From Candidatus Eiseniibacteriota bacterium (lineage in GTDB: Bacteria > Eisenbacteria > RBG-16-71-46 > DASYSL01): a stretch of DNA of 35,717 nt. Below the pieces are notes generated by a model. The model was not told the origin of the DNA, made no database searches, and saw nothing but the letters and a program-made list of their open reading frames with translations. The position numbers and the translations under genes were made by a program. Location of the stretch: assembly GCA_046598045.1 (NCBI GenBank), contig JBKJJJ010000196.1, positions 1 through 35,717 on the forward strand. Reading direction: 5' to 3'. How positions within the stretch are numbered: position 1 is the stretch's first letter; every line of letters begins with the position of its first letter. Below are positions 28,001 to 35,717 of the stretch, piece by piece.

Positions 28001-29181
28001 GCACGATCGGGGAGGCGACTTACGCCGCGAAGCGCCGTACCATGCAGTCGTTCAACGATCACCGCCATAACCTCCTTGGAGACCCCGGCCTGCGTCTCGC
28101 AACCCCGCGGCACGACGTTCGAATCCAGGTCTACGATGACGAGACCGGCGCGGCGCTGGGGGACTCTCTGCCACTTGGCCGCAGGGTCAGGCTCGAGGCA
28201 GAGGTCCACGACCTGCGCGACCCGTCCTCCTCGGCCCTCCTCTCGGGATTCACGGGACGGGGATTCGTGCATGTGACCGATTCGCCATTTCTCCTTCCCT
28301 ACGCCTTATCCTCCTACGGCGGCACTGCCACCTACATCGCGAATCCCCGCATCGCTTACGAAGGCCGCTACCCGGTTGATCACGGGCGGCTCACCGCGCG
28401 CTTCGTCGTCCCGGTGTCTTCCGTACCGGGCCCGCGCGCACGCGCGTCGATCTACGTCGAGGACGGATCGAGCGACGGAAGCGGCGATTTGGCGGTTCGC
28501 ATCGTCAATGGGTCTTCAAGCTTCGGCGACACCACGGGCCCGAGCATCGCGCTCCGGTTCGCGAGCGGCGGCACGGTCGTGGGGCCGCGGGAGTCACTCA
28601 GCGTCGTCCTGGAGGACCCGAGTGGAATCCGCGCCTTACCCTGGTCGCCGGTGGATCAGATTCGCCTCGAGATCGACGATGGGCAGTCTCTCAGCCTGAC
28701 AGACCGGTTTCAGTACGACGATGGGTCCTACACGCGGGGCACGGTGCCCTTCCAGCTTCCCGGACTGCCCGATGGCAATCATGTGATCCGAGTCTCGGCG
28801 GCGGACAATCTCGCTCAGGGCACCTCGCCGCACAATCGCAGCTCGGTCCGGTTTCACTTCACCGTGGCGAGTGTCGTGGACACCGCCATAGTTCGGGCCC
28901 TTGCGCTCCCGAATCCGTTCATGGGCAGCACAGGCACTCGCCTCGTGTTCACGGGGCTTCCACCTGGAGCCGAAGCTTCGGTGGACGTATTCGAGGTGTC
29001 CGGCCGTCTGGTCCGGCATCTTGTGGGCACGAGTGGGGCCGGTCATGTTCAGGTGGACTGGGATGGCCGCGATACCAGAGGGCGAACACTTCGCGCGGGC
29101 GTCTACTTCTATCACGCAGAAGTGAGGCCAACGGGCGGCAGGGCCAGGAGCTTCGAGGGGCGGCTCGTTCTGTTGCCCTAG
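25087..29181 (+). CDS. C25 (gingipain/PorU-like) peptidase homolog with propeptide and FlgD-Ig C-terminal domain
   Basis: AGGAGGA RBS before GTG 25087; DYIVIC, YVCLLGDATYDYKN, SDDWL, VGRLPA, YIGHG, LLGDP; C-terminal PNPF...WDGRD..G..L..GVYFY. Confidence 0.9.
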   Translation: MIVETPARKTSPTYFLAGMLLAGMICLSSIVSAAPSDSGVQLLQADSRGVTFEVTTGEPVLTNAPGTPETTALWLSACSSAGDEGDAQLPTRTVWIGVPEGVAVTVSASSIQERRFEGFGLASRVASTGFDVPLARVSTVTGLRAQRVAAIEVRPARYDATARRLVVATKIDVHVEFVGQAISRPMPVQEPAFEGIYRELLINYESARRFRRPLGDLGSRRVGPARMNGVSGSSMNGPIGFDVASTWIRVRVDRKGIQEIAGSDLEAAGISLAGIDPAAIRLFTRPGVPLLDEGSACDSCGLSEVATRVEDGGDGHFDPSDRVLFFGLGASGWRDEFPGAGSAPREWLDHPYETTNVYWLTWNGQGLSTPLRWGTRDVTPQLPGAWLAPHYPARLHFEQNDQYVNDLFEPGLIWDQWIWKLVSSFQGSFTASGDASGVVADQPARLRARFWGRLADSGGHQVALTINGTTLSPLAWSGSVHKDIDTTGTWLADGSNQLTMRVLGSSSQQPFGDRAAFLFWEIEFPRRFMAVDDSLEFASPDTTGPIAYSLAPFSDASLDSFLLLDVSDPLRPSALSGWTSADTTSGKAIHFHDVGASKFYFAACARRRQHPQLERADVRSIRTGGADYIVICSDEFEPQAQRLADHRRALAPPFAGATTAVVRMSDILAWYAGGRMDPAAVRNFLRDALSGGGWSPAPSYVCLLGDATYDYKNVYHLGDPDLARKQVPTFGHVVDAGVYSSDDWLVDLDPDSTALPGRIGAPDMIVGRLPAANATEADAMVQKVIAYGENPELGTWRNRMLFVVDDLQQGNVPDPIGGGHIQQADSLERGYLPGWLDREKVSLIEYPFTQGIEKGGARQDVISRLNEGVVFWHYIGHGNPFKLADESAFVLNDVATMANGARLPFFFAAASAVGPFDTPGFNSLAEALVKRPDGGAIATLAGTVTTFSFSNFELGRALYPYLLEPPEDGGARTIGEATYAAKRRTMQSFNDHRHNLLGDPGLRLATPRHDVRIQVYDDETGAALGDSLPLGRRVRLEAEVHDLRDPSSSALLSGFTGRGFVHVTDSPFLLPYALSSYGGTATYIANPRIAYEGRYPVDHGRLTARFVVPVSSVPGPRARASIYVEDGSSDGSGDLAVRIVNGSSSFGDTTGPSIALRFASGGTVVGPRESLSVVLEDPSGIRALPWSPVDQIRLEIDDGQSLSLTDRFQYDDGSYTRGTVPFQLPGLPDGNHVIRVSAADNLAQGTSPHNRSSVRFHFTVASVVDTAIVRALALPNPFMGSTGTRLVFTGLPPGAEASVDVFEVSGRLVRHLVGTSGAGHVQVDWDGRDTRGRTLRAGVYFYHAEVRPTGGRARSFEGRLVLLP

Positions 29182-29255
29182 CCGCGGCTGGATTCGTGGC
29201 CCGGCGCGCCTTGATCGCGTACAATTCCCGGGCCCCTTAGCTTGGAGGAACCCCG

Positions 29256-31856
29256 ATGAACCGTCGGTCCACGCTCGCCCTCTTGTCGATCGCATCGTGG
29301 ATGTTCGCCATCCCCGCGGGCGCCCAGGTCGCACGGTCCGATTTCCCCGTCGTGAACAGCGTCGTGAACGCGATGGTGCGCTCCGGGAACACGCTCTACC
29401 TCGGCGGCGGATTCACGCGGATCGGGCCCGCGTCCGGCGGCGGCGTCCCGCTCGACAGGACGAGCGGGGCCCCGCTCGCGGGATTCCCGAAGGTCGCGGG
29501 AAATGTCCAGGCCGCGATCCCCGACGGCGCGGGCGGCTGGTTCATCGGCGGAGCGTTCACCAGCGTCGGCGGCCAGCCGCGGAACGCCGTCGCGCGCATC
29601 AACTCCGACCTGACCGTCTCGAGCTGGAATCCCGGTGTCGGTCTCCCGACCGACGTCGTCATGAACATGGTTCTTGTCGGCTCAACGCTCTACGTGGGCG
29701 GCACGTTCAAGTCGATCGGCGGCGTCGCGCGCCACGATCTCGCGGCTCTCGACGTGTCGACGGCCTCGCCGACCTCGTGGAACCCCCATCCGAACGGCTC
29801 GGACATCACGGCCATGGCGTCGAACGCGGGGATGCTGTTCGTCGGTGGTCACTTCGATTCGATCGGAACGACCCCTCGCCGCAGCCTCGCGGCGTTCAAC
29901 CTCGCCACCGGCCAGCTCAAGCCTTGGAATCCGTCGACCTTCGGCGAACCCCGCGCGTTCGTGCTCGACGGGGACGGCATGTACATCGCCGGGGCCTTCA
30001 ACGAGATCGGCGGCACATCGCGCTCGAACCTCGCGCTCGTCGACACGACGGCGGGACTCGTGCGGCCCTGGGCCCCGACCGCGGACCAGACCGTCTGGTG
30101 CATGACCGAGGTCGGCGGCACTCTCTACATCGGCGGTGACTTCTTCAACGTCAACGGGACGCCGCGCTCGCAGCTCGCGGCGGTCGACGCCGTGAGCGGT
30201 GCGCTCAGCGCGTGGAATCCAGGTCCGAACGAGGTCGTCACCTCGCTCGCCGCCGCCGGATCCAAGGTCTATGCGGGCGGATACTTCACCAAGGTCGGCG
30301 GGTTCGATCACTCCTACCTGGCGAGGATCGACGCCGTGACCGGCGCGGTCGACCCTTGGGATTCCGGAGTGAACTGGATCGTCCTGGCCATCGTCCCGGG
30401 GGACACCGTTTACGCGGGCGGCTACTTCACCGGGATCGGCGGCTTGGTGCGCAACCACCTGGCCGCGATCGACCTTTCGACCGGCGCCGTGACGTCGTGG
30501 AACCCGAACGCCGACGACTGGGTCAACCAGCTCTCCATGTCGGGCGGGACGATCTACGCCGCGGGCAACTTCTTGAACGTCGGAGGCCTCAATCGGAACG
30601 CCTTCGCCGCCGTCGACGCCGCGACCGGCAATCCGACGGGTTGGACCCCCAGCGTGGATGGCATCGTCCGATCCCTCGTGGCGCACGGTTCGACCGTCTA
30701 CGTGGGCGGAATCTTGAGCGGCGCCGGAGGCCAGGTACGCCAGAACATCCTGGCGCTCGACGGCACGACCGGGGCGGTCACGTCGTGGGCCCCCATGGCG
30801 AGCTCCGACGTGTACTCGATCGCCGCCCTCGCGGGGCGCGTCTACATCGGGGGAACATTCAGCTCGGTGAATGGAACACCGCGAGCAAGCCTGGCCGCCA
30901 TCGACTCGGCGAGCGGGCAGCTCTTCGCATGGAACCCTTCGAAGGGCGCCCGCGCGTCCGCGCTGGCTGCGGTCGGCGACCGCGTCTACGCGGGCGGCAA
31001 CTTCCCTGGCTTCCTCGCAGCGCTCGACACCACGTCCGGCACGACGCTGTGGAGCGTCCCGGGGAGCGGCATCCTCCCGAGGTGGCTCGAGGTGGACCGC
31101 GGAGTGGTCTTCGCGGGAGGTCCGATCAACACCGTGAGCGGCACGACCCGGCGCGGGGCAGCCGCGGTGCGCACGGACGACGGAGCGCTCACGCCGTGGA
31201 ACCCGGACGTCTTTCCGCAAGTCTTCGCGGTGGTTTCGGACGGATCCTCCGTCTACCTGGGCGGGCACTTCTGGTCGGCCGGCCTCGTGCCCGCCGGCTT
31301 CCTCACCGCGATCCCGACGGACCAATCGACGTCGACGCTGCCCTCGGTCTTCGACGTCGAGAACCGTGATGGCGCGGTGACCATCACGTGGTACGCGGAC
31401 GAGGCGCACGCCACGGTCGAACGCTGCACGGACGCCTCCGTGTGGGAACCGCTCGGGGATGCCGGCGCCGATGGCAGCGGGCGACTGCGTTACGAGGATC
31501 GCAGTGTCGTCGCCGGCAGGCGCTACGGTTATCGACTGTCGATCGACGGCGTGACGAGCGGTGAGGTGTGGGTCACGGCGGGGAGCGCGCGCGTCGCGTT
31601 CGAGGGCGTGTGGCCGAACCCGGCGCGGCGCGGCGAGATGATGGCACACTTCACCTTGCCCGACGCGCAGCCGGCCGAAATCGCGCTCTATGACGTCGCC
31701 GGACGGCGGGTGGCGCACCATGCGGTCGGTGTGCTGGGGCCGGGCGCGCATGCCGTGAACCTCGCGGGGAACCGGAAACTCGCGGCGGGCGTGTACGTGG
31801 TCCGCTTCAGCCGCGGTACGTTCGTGCGGAACGTGCGGGTCGTCGCGCTCGACTGA
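29256..31856 (+). CDS. Exported repeat (LYVGG.F...WNP) beta-propeller protein with T9SS-like C-terminal domain
   Basis: GGAGG RBS; ~50-aa repeats; tail WPNPA...LYDVAGRRV...GVYVVRF. Confidence 0.85.
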   Translation: MNRRSTLALLSIASWMFAIPAGAQVARSDFPVVNSVVNAMVRSGNTLYLGGGFTRIGPASGGGVPLDRTSGAPLAGFPKVAGNVQAAIPDGAGGWFIGGAFTSVGGQPRNAVARINSDLTVSSWNPGVGLPTDVVMNMVLVGSTLYVGGTFKSIGGVARHDLAALDVSTASPTSWNPHPNGSDITAMASNAGMLFVGGHFDSIGTTPRRSLAAFNLATGQLKPWNPSTFGEPRAFVLDGDGMYIAGAFNEIGGTSRSNLALVDTTAGLVRPWAPTADQTVWCMTEVGGTLYIGGDFFNVNGTPRSQLAAVDAVSGALSAWNPGPNEVVTSLAAAGSKVYAGGYFTKVGGFDHSYLARIDAVTGAVDPWDSGVNWIVLAIVPGDTVYAGGYFTGIGGLVRNHLAAIDLSTGAVTSWNPNADDWVNQLSMSGGTIYAAGNFLNVGGLNRNAFAAVDAATGNPTGWTPSVDGIVRSLVAHGSTVYVGGILSGAGGQVRQNILALDGTTGAVTSWAPMASSDVYSIAALAGRVYIGGTFSSVNGTPRASLAAIDSASGQLFAWNPSKGARASALAAVGDRVYAGGNFPGFLAALDTTSGTTLWSVPGSGILPRWLEVDRGVVFAGGPINTVSGTTRRGAAAVRTDDGALTPWNPDVFPQVFAVVSDGSSVYLGGHFWSAGLVPAGFLTAIPTDQSTSTLPSVFDVENRDGAVTITWYADEAHATVERCTDASVWEPLGDAGADGSGRLRYEDRSVVAGRRYGYRLSIDGVTSGEVWVTAGSARVAFEGVWPNPARRGEMMAHFTLPDAQPAEIALYDVAGRRVAHHAVGVLGPGAHAVNLAGNRKLAAGVYVVRFSRGTFVRNVRVVALD

Positions 31857-32190
31857 GCCGCATCGCCGTAGGGATCTTCGCTCGCGCGGCGCCCGGGACT
31901 GTTCGCCTACCAGTACCCAGGGCAGATTGAGCTGCCGACGGACCCACGGGTCGATCTGAGAAAGCTGAAAAGGGAAGGCCCGGCTGTCTGGCCCCGCGAT
32001 GCCGTGCTTGGTGCTGCCATTCCGCATTCTGCTCCCAAGGCGAGGCGGTCTGGGATGGTCGAGGGGCCATTGGCGGCGCCTTGGGCGCGGGAGTATCCTT
32101 CCATGGCTTGGCCGCGGTCCAGACGATGCTCGCCGCCAAGGGCCAAGCTCTGTCTGCGTCCCGCCCTGTCGTACTCGAAAGGCTGCCGCC

Positions 32191-33999
32191 GTGAATCTGC
32201 CCGGTTCTTGCACGTTGCTGTTCCTGCTTGCGCTCGGCACGGCGTGGTCTCCGCGCCCGAGCACTGCCGCACCTCCCGCGCGTGACCCCGCCGCCCTGCC
32301 GGTATGCACGCTGTCCCGCGATCAAAACGTGGTCGCCGCGGTTCCGGATGGACGGGGCGGTGCGATCGTGGCCTGGCTCGACGGGCGCGACGGGGTGCAC
32401 TGGGTGATCTTCACGCAGCACGTGCGCCGCAACCTCACGCTCGATCCGGCGTGGCCGACCGATGGCCTCGCCCCCGCGTCGGTGACGCTTGGCCAGTCCA
32501 ACGTATCGATGGTTGGGGACGGCGCGGGAGGCGCGATCATCGCATGGCAGGACGGCGGCATGTCCTACGACCCCTTCAGCGTCGTCAAAGCACAGCACCT
32601 GCGCGCCGACGGCACGCTCGATCCACGCTGGCCTGCCGGCGGGCGGACGCTCGCGGTTGCAGCGGGGGATCAATTCGAGCCCACTCTGGTGAGCGACGGC
32701 CACGGCGGCGCAATTGCGGGCTGGCTCGATCGGCGCAGCCATCTCGTGTTCGAACTCTTCGCGCAGCACGTGCGCGCAGATGGATCGCTCGATCCGGCGT
32801 GGCCGGCAGGTGGCCGCGCAGTGCCCGGCTCGCCGCCGCAGACCTCGGCCGTCGCGGTGACCGACGCGGCAGGCGGAGCGCTCCTCGTGTGGAGGGAGTT
32901 CGTCCCGCACGGCCAGCTGCAGTTCGTGGCCCAGCACGTCCTGGCCGACGGCACACTCGATCCGCGCTGGTCGGCCTTCGGACGCCCGCTGTCCTCGGCT
33001 ACGGGAACCCTGCAATACGCGCTCTCCGTGGTCCCCGACGGAGCGCACGGCGCGATTGCGGCCTGGGCATTGGCGACCAATGACCGGCAGCACGTGGTCG
33101 TACAGCACTTGCCCGGAGACGGCTCGATCGATCCGGCATGGTCGGACACCGGCCGCGTCGTGAGCCACGGCCAGGAAAGCCAGTTCGAACCGATCCTCTG
33201 CGGCGACGAGCGAAGCGGCGTCTACGTCGCGTGGGAGGAGGGCCCGTACGCGCAGGTGAGCCGACATCTCGCGCATCTGTCCGCGACGGGCACGATCGAC
33301 CCCGACTGGCCGAGCGACGGCCTCCTGCTCGGCACGCTCTCGGGCGGCGGAGCCGTCACGAACCTCCTGGCCGATGGCAAGGGCGGGACGATCGCGACTT
33401 GCTTTGTCGCGCATGCGGACGGCACGCAGTCTGCGTTCGCGCAGCACGTGATGGTGTCCGGCCAGTTCGATCCCGCGTGGCCGACCGGCGGGCAGACGTT
33501 GATCGCACCCGCCTCGATCGTGTTCCTGCCTGCGGTCGTGCCGGACGGCAACGGGGGTGAACTCGCGGCGTGGTCCGCGCGCGGCGTGCCCGCACAGGGC
33601 ACGGATGCCTTCGCCTCCGCCGTGCGTTCGAACGGCCGGCCGGTGCGGGCGGATGAGGTGCACGGAGTGGCCGCGGAAGGCACGTCGCTACCCACTGGAA
33701 CGGCAGGTTTGTCCGCCGCCCGCCTATCCCTCGTGCTCGCATCCGGGAATCCGGCGTCTCGCGGGGACGCGACCGTCCTGCGTTTCGCGCTCCCGCATGC
33801 CGCGCGTGCCCGGCTCGAAGTGTTCGACGTTGCCGGGCGGCTCATCGCGACCGTGTTCAATGGGGCGCTGCCCGCCGGCCCGGGGGAATTCAAGTGGAAC
33901 GGCTACGACACGACCGGTCGCAGGGCCAGGGCGGGCCTGTACTTCTACCGTCTGAGCGCCGATGGGGATCGCGTCACGGTGCGCGAGATCAAGTTCTGA
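32191..33999 (+). CDS. Exported repeat protein (DG.GGAI.AW / QH...DG.LDP.WP repeats) with FlgD-Ig C-terminal domain
   Basis: GTG start with signal peptide; about seven repeats; tail VFDVAGRLI...WNG.D..G...AGLYFYRL. Confidence 0.85.
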   Translation: MNLPGSCTLLFLLALGTAWSPRPSTAAPPARDPAALPVCTLSRDQNVVAAVPDGRGGAIVAWLDGRDGVHWVIFTQHVRRNLTLDPAWPTDGLAPASVTLGQSNVSMVGDGAGGAIIAWQDGGMSYDPFSVVKAQHLRADGTLDPRWPAGGRTLAVAAGDQFEPTLVSDGHGGAIAGWLDRRSHLVFELFAQHVRADGSLDPAWPAGGRAVPGSPPQTSAVAVTDAAGGALLVWREFVPHGQLQFVAQHVLADGTLDPRWSAFGRPLSSATGTLQYALSVVPDGAHGAIAAWALATNDRQHVVVQHLPGDGSIDPAWSDTGRVVSHGQESQFEPILCGDERSGVYVAWEEGPYAQVSRHLAHLSATGTIDPDWPSDGLLLGTLSGGGAVTNLLADGKGGTIATCFVAHADGTQSAFAQHVMVSGQFDPAWPTGGQTLIAPASIVFLPAVVPDGNGGELAAWSARGVPAQGTDAFASAVRSNGRPVRADEVHGVAAEGTSLPTGTAGLSAARLSLVLASGNPASRGDATVLRFALPHAARARLEVFDVAGRLIATVFNGALPAGPGEFKWNGYDTTGRRARAGLYFYRLSADGDRVTVREIKF

Positions 34000-34004
34000 G
34001 ACGC

Positions 34005-34157
34005 GATGTCTATGCTCGGGCCGCTGGCTACTACGGATCTCCTCCCGGTTGCATGGATGGCACGCCTCCGCCAGTTCTCCTTGGCAATTTCTGGGACGGT
34101 GCGACAGCCACAACCCCGCAGACCTGGGGCCAGGTGAAGGACCGCTACCGGAAGTAG
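34005..34157 (+). pseudogene. 3' stub of a gene ending TWGQVKDRYRK
   Basis: DVYARAAGYYG...LLGNFWDGATATTPQTWGQVKDRYRK* with no start codon or signal peptide of its own. Confidence 0.75.
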
Positions 34158-34236
34158 CGCGGGCAAGTGCGGTGGTAGCTTTGGGGTATACTTGGTGCCC
34201 CGTGTGATTTCGTCCCTGACTCTTGGAGGTACCCCC

Positions 34237-35220
34237 ATGGCACGGCGATTCCACGCTACGCGCTGGCGCCTGCTCGGCCCCGCTCTTCTTGCGCTACTGC
34301 CCGGCGTGGCCGTAGCGCAGGCCCCGCCCTACCTCACGCAGTGGGGCACGTACGGCGCCGGGAACGGGCAGTTCGTGTCCCCGTACGGTTTGGCGGTGGG
34401 TGCCAGTGGCAACATCTACGTGGTGGAATTCGACGTCCGCATCCAGACGTTCACAAGCGGCGGCGTTTACCTCGCCCAGTGGGGCACTCGCGGCACCGGA
34501 GACGGGCAGTTCAATGGAGCGAGCGGTGTGGCGGTGGATGCCAGTGGCGACGTGTACACGTCGGACTTCCATAACTTCCGCATCGAGAAGTTTACCAGCA
34601 GCGGTGCCTACCTCACCCAGTGGGGCACTTTCGGCACCGCAGACGGGCAGTTCAGGGGAGCGATCGGCGTGGCGGTGGATGCCAGCGGCATCGTCTACGT
34701 GGCGGACACAGCGAACCGGCGCATTGAGAAGTTTACCGGCAACGGCGTCTACCTTTCCCAGTGGGGTGCCCTTGGCAACGGAAACGGCCAGTTCCAGTAC
34801 CCACGCGCTGTGGCGGTGGATGCCAGCGGGGATGTCTACGTGACGGACGCCGGCAACCACCGTCTCCAGAAGTTCACCAGCAACGGGGCCTACCTCACCC
34901 AGTGGGGTGCCCTCGGCAGCGGAATCGGGCAGTTCAATAATCCGAACGGTGTGGCCGTGGATGCCAGCGGCATCGTCTACGTGGCAGACTCGGGCAACAA
35001 CCGCATCCAGACGTTTACGAGCGGCGGCGCCTATCTCACACAGTGGGGCACTCGTGGCAGCGGAGATGGGCAGTTCGCGGAGCCTTTGGGTGTGGCCGTG
35101 GATGCCACCGGCAATATCTACGTGGCGGACACATACAACCAACGCATCCAGAAGTTCGGCCCGCTGCCGACGCCCGCTAAGTCCACGAGCTGGGGTGGCC
35201 TTAAGAGCCTCTACCGCTGA
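34237..35220 (+). CDS. Exported NHL-repeat beta-propeller with SWGGLKSLYR tail
   Basis: GGAGG RBS; six near-identical ~47-aa repeats (YLTQWG..G.G.GQF..P.GVAVDASG.VYV.D..N.RIQ.F). Confidence 0.93.
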   Translation: MARRFHATRWRLLGPALLALLPGVAVAQAPPYLTQWGTYGAGNGQFVSPYGLAVGASGNIYVVEFDVRIQTFTSGGVYLAQWGTRGTGDGQFNGASGVAVDASGDVYTSDFHNFRIEKFTSSGAYLTQWGTFGTADGQFRGAIGVAVDASGIVYVADTANRRIEKFTGNGVYLSQWGALGNGNGQFQYPRAVAVDASGDVYVTDAGNHRLQKFTSNGAYLTQWGALGSGIGQFNNPNGVAVDASGIVYVADSGNNRIQTFTSGGAYLTQWGTRGSGDGQFAEPLGVAVDATGNIYVADTYNQRIQKFGPLPTPAKSTSWGGLKSLYR

Positions 35221-35365
35221 GCCCGTACGAGCGAATCCACAAAGCCTCTTCGAGTGGCTGACCGTCGCAGTTCGGGCCCGTTTTCGACTTCTGGCGGCAA
35301 TGTCACCATGGGGAAGACGAGCATCATCCTCAGTATGAAGATCGCGCCACCGGAACGGATTACCC

Positions 35366-35414
35366 GGTTCGCACACTGACCACGCTCCGAGCCAAATGTG
35401 GCTGTGTGCGGTCC
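35366..35414 (+). repeat. attP-like dyad, repeat copy 5 (left arm 1 bp short)
   Basis: GTTCG-N17-GA(35389)-N18-CGGTC; overlaps the LSR remnant reading frame. Confidence 0.82.
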
Positions 35415-35717
35415 GGCCAACCCCGGTTGGCGGCCGAGGGAAGGCGTACCAAACTTCAGCCGTATCACGGGATTGCACGCGCACCTCCTTCACCAATCGG
35501 TGGAGGAGGTGTATTCGTTCTGAGTTGAGATCGGACTCGAACCCGCGTTCGAAGTCGGCGAGCAGTCTCGCCCCTTCGTCGAGGTCCAGCGTCGGTAGAG
35601 AGGGCGGTTCGCTTTCTCGCGCCAGCACCACCCCGCCGGTCCGTGATGGCCTCGATCTTCGGGATGGAACGATTGAACCTGGAGATCAAGCGCCGGACGC
35701 GGATCGCCACGCGGTTC
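35389..35717 (-). pseudogene. Large serine recombinase 3' end (frameshifted; may continue beyond window)
   Basis: IEAITDRR / VVLARE...LDLDEGARLLADFERGFES...ERIHLLHRLVKEVRVQSRDTAEVWYAFP reads directly into the att site; frameshift near 35635; catalytic domain not visible. Confidence 0.62.

Larger units (their letters stand above)
23866..35388. mobile_element. att-delimited cassette 4 (~11.5 kb; possibly split at a degenerate site at 24755)
   Basis: Between att copies 4 and 5. Confidence 0.65.

Noticed and set aside
26380..33663. Long antisense ORFs (26380..28272, 29682..32309, 31807..33663; likewise 690..2849)
   Set aside because: Shadow frames of well-supported GC-rich genes, with no recognisable motifs
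18393..34157. Diversity-generating retroelement TR/VR pair
   Set aside because: No reverse transcriptase in the window, and differences between stubs are not adenine-specific
34294..35340. 445-aa minus-strand ORF as one protein
   Set aside because: Only its first ~80 codons are LSR-like; the rest is att-flank sequence and the antisense shadow of the NHL gene
3116..35414. CRISPR array interpretation of the 26-bp repeat
   Set aside because: Intervals are 1.5-11.6 kb and contain genes; no cas genes seen

Overview
A GC-rich bacterial window. The C-terminal [S/T]WGx[L/V]KxxYR tails and FlgD-Ig/T9SS-like sorting domains suggest Ca. Eisenbacteria or a related FCB lineage (inference). Core genes (tag 3' end, class A PBP, tRNA-Asn) occupy 1-3121, and everything downstream is an accessory island anchored at the tRNA-Asn 3' end. 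A 26-bp sequence (GAGCCAAATGTGGCTGTGTGCGGTCC) recurs five times, at 3116, 14700, 16206, 23866 and 35389. Internal copies are ~50-bp dyads with large-serine-recombinase (LSR) attP geometry around a central GA. The tRNA copy has the GTTCG motif 5 bp closer to the GA, as expected for an attB half. These sites divide the island into tandem cassettes of about 11.6, 1.5, 7.7 and 11.5 kb with no intact LSR; only decayed LSR 3' remnants are seen (24755-25010, 35389-35717). This suggests an integron-like, tRNA-anchored, LSR-built cassette array. Cargo is mostly exported or cell-envelope proteins (serpin, M1 peptidase, C25/PorU-like protein, NHL and other propellers, TonB-C proteins, deacetylase). It is interleaved with orphan 3' gene stubs, four copies of a minimal tyrosine recombinase, a half tRNA-Ser att scar and a phased repeat cluster.
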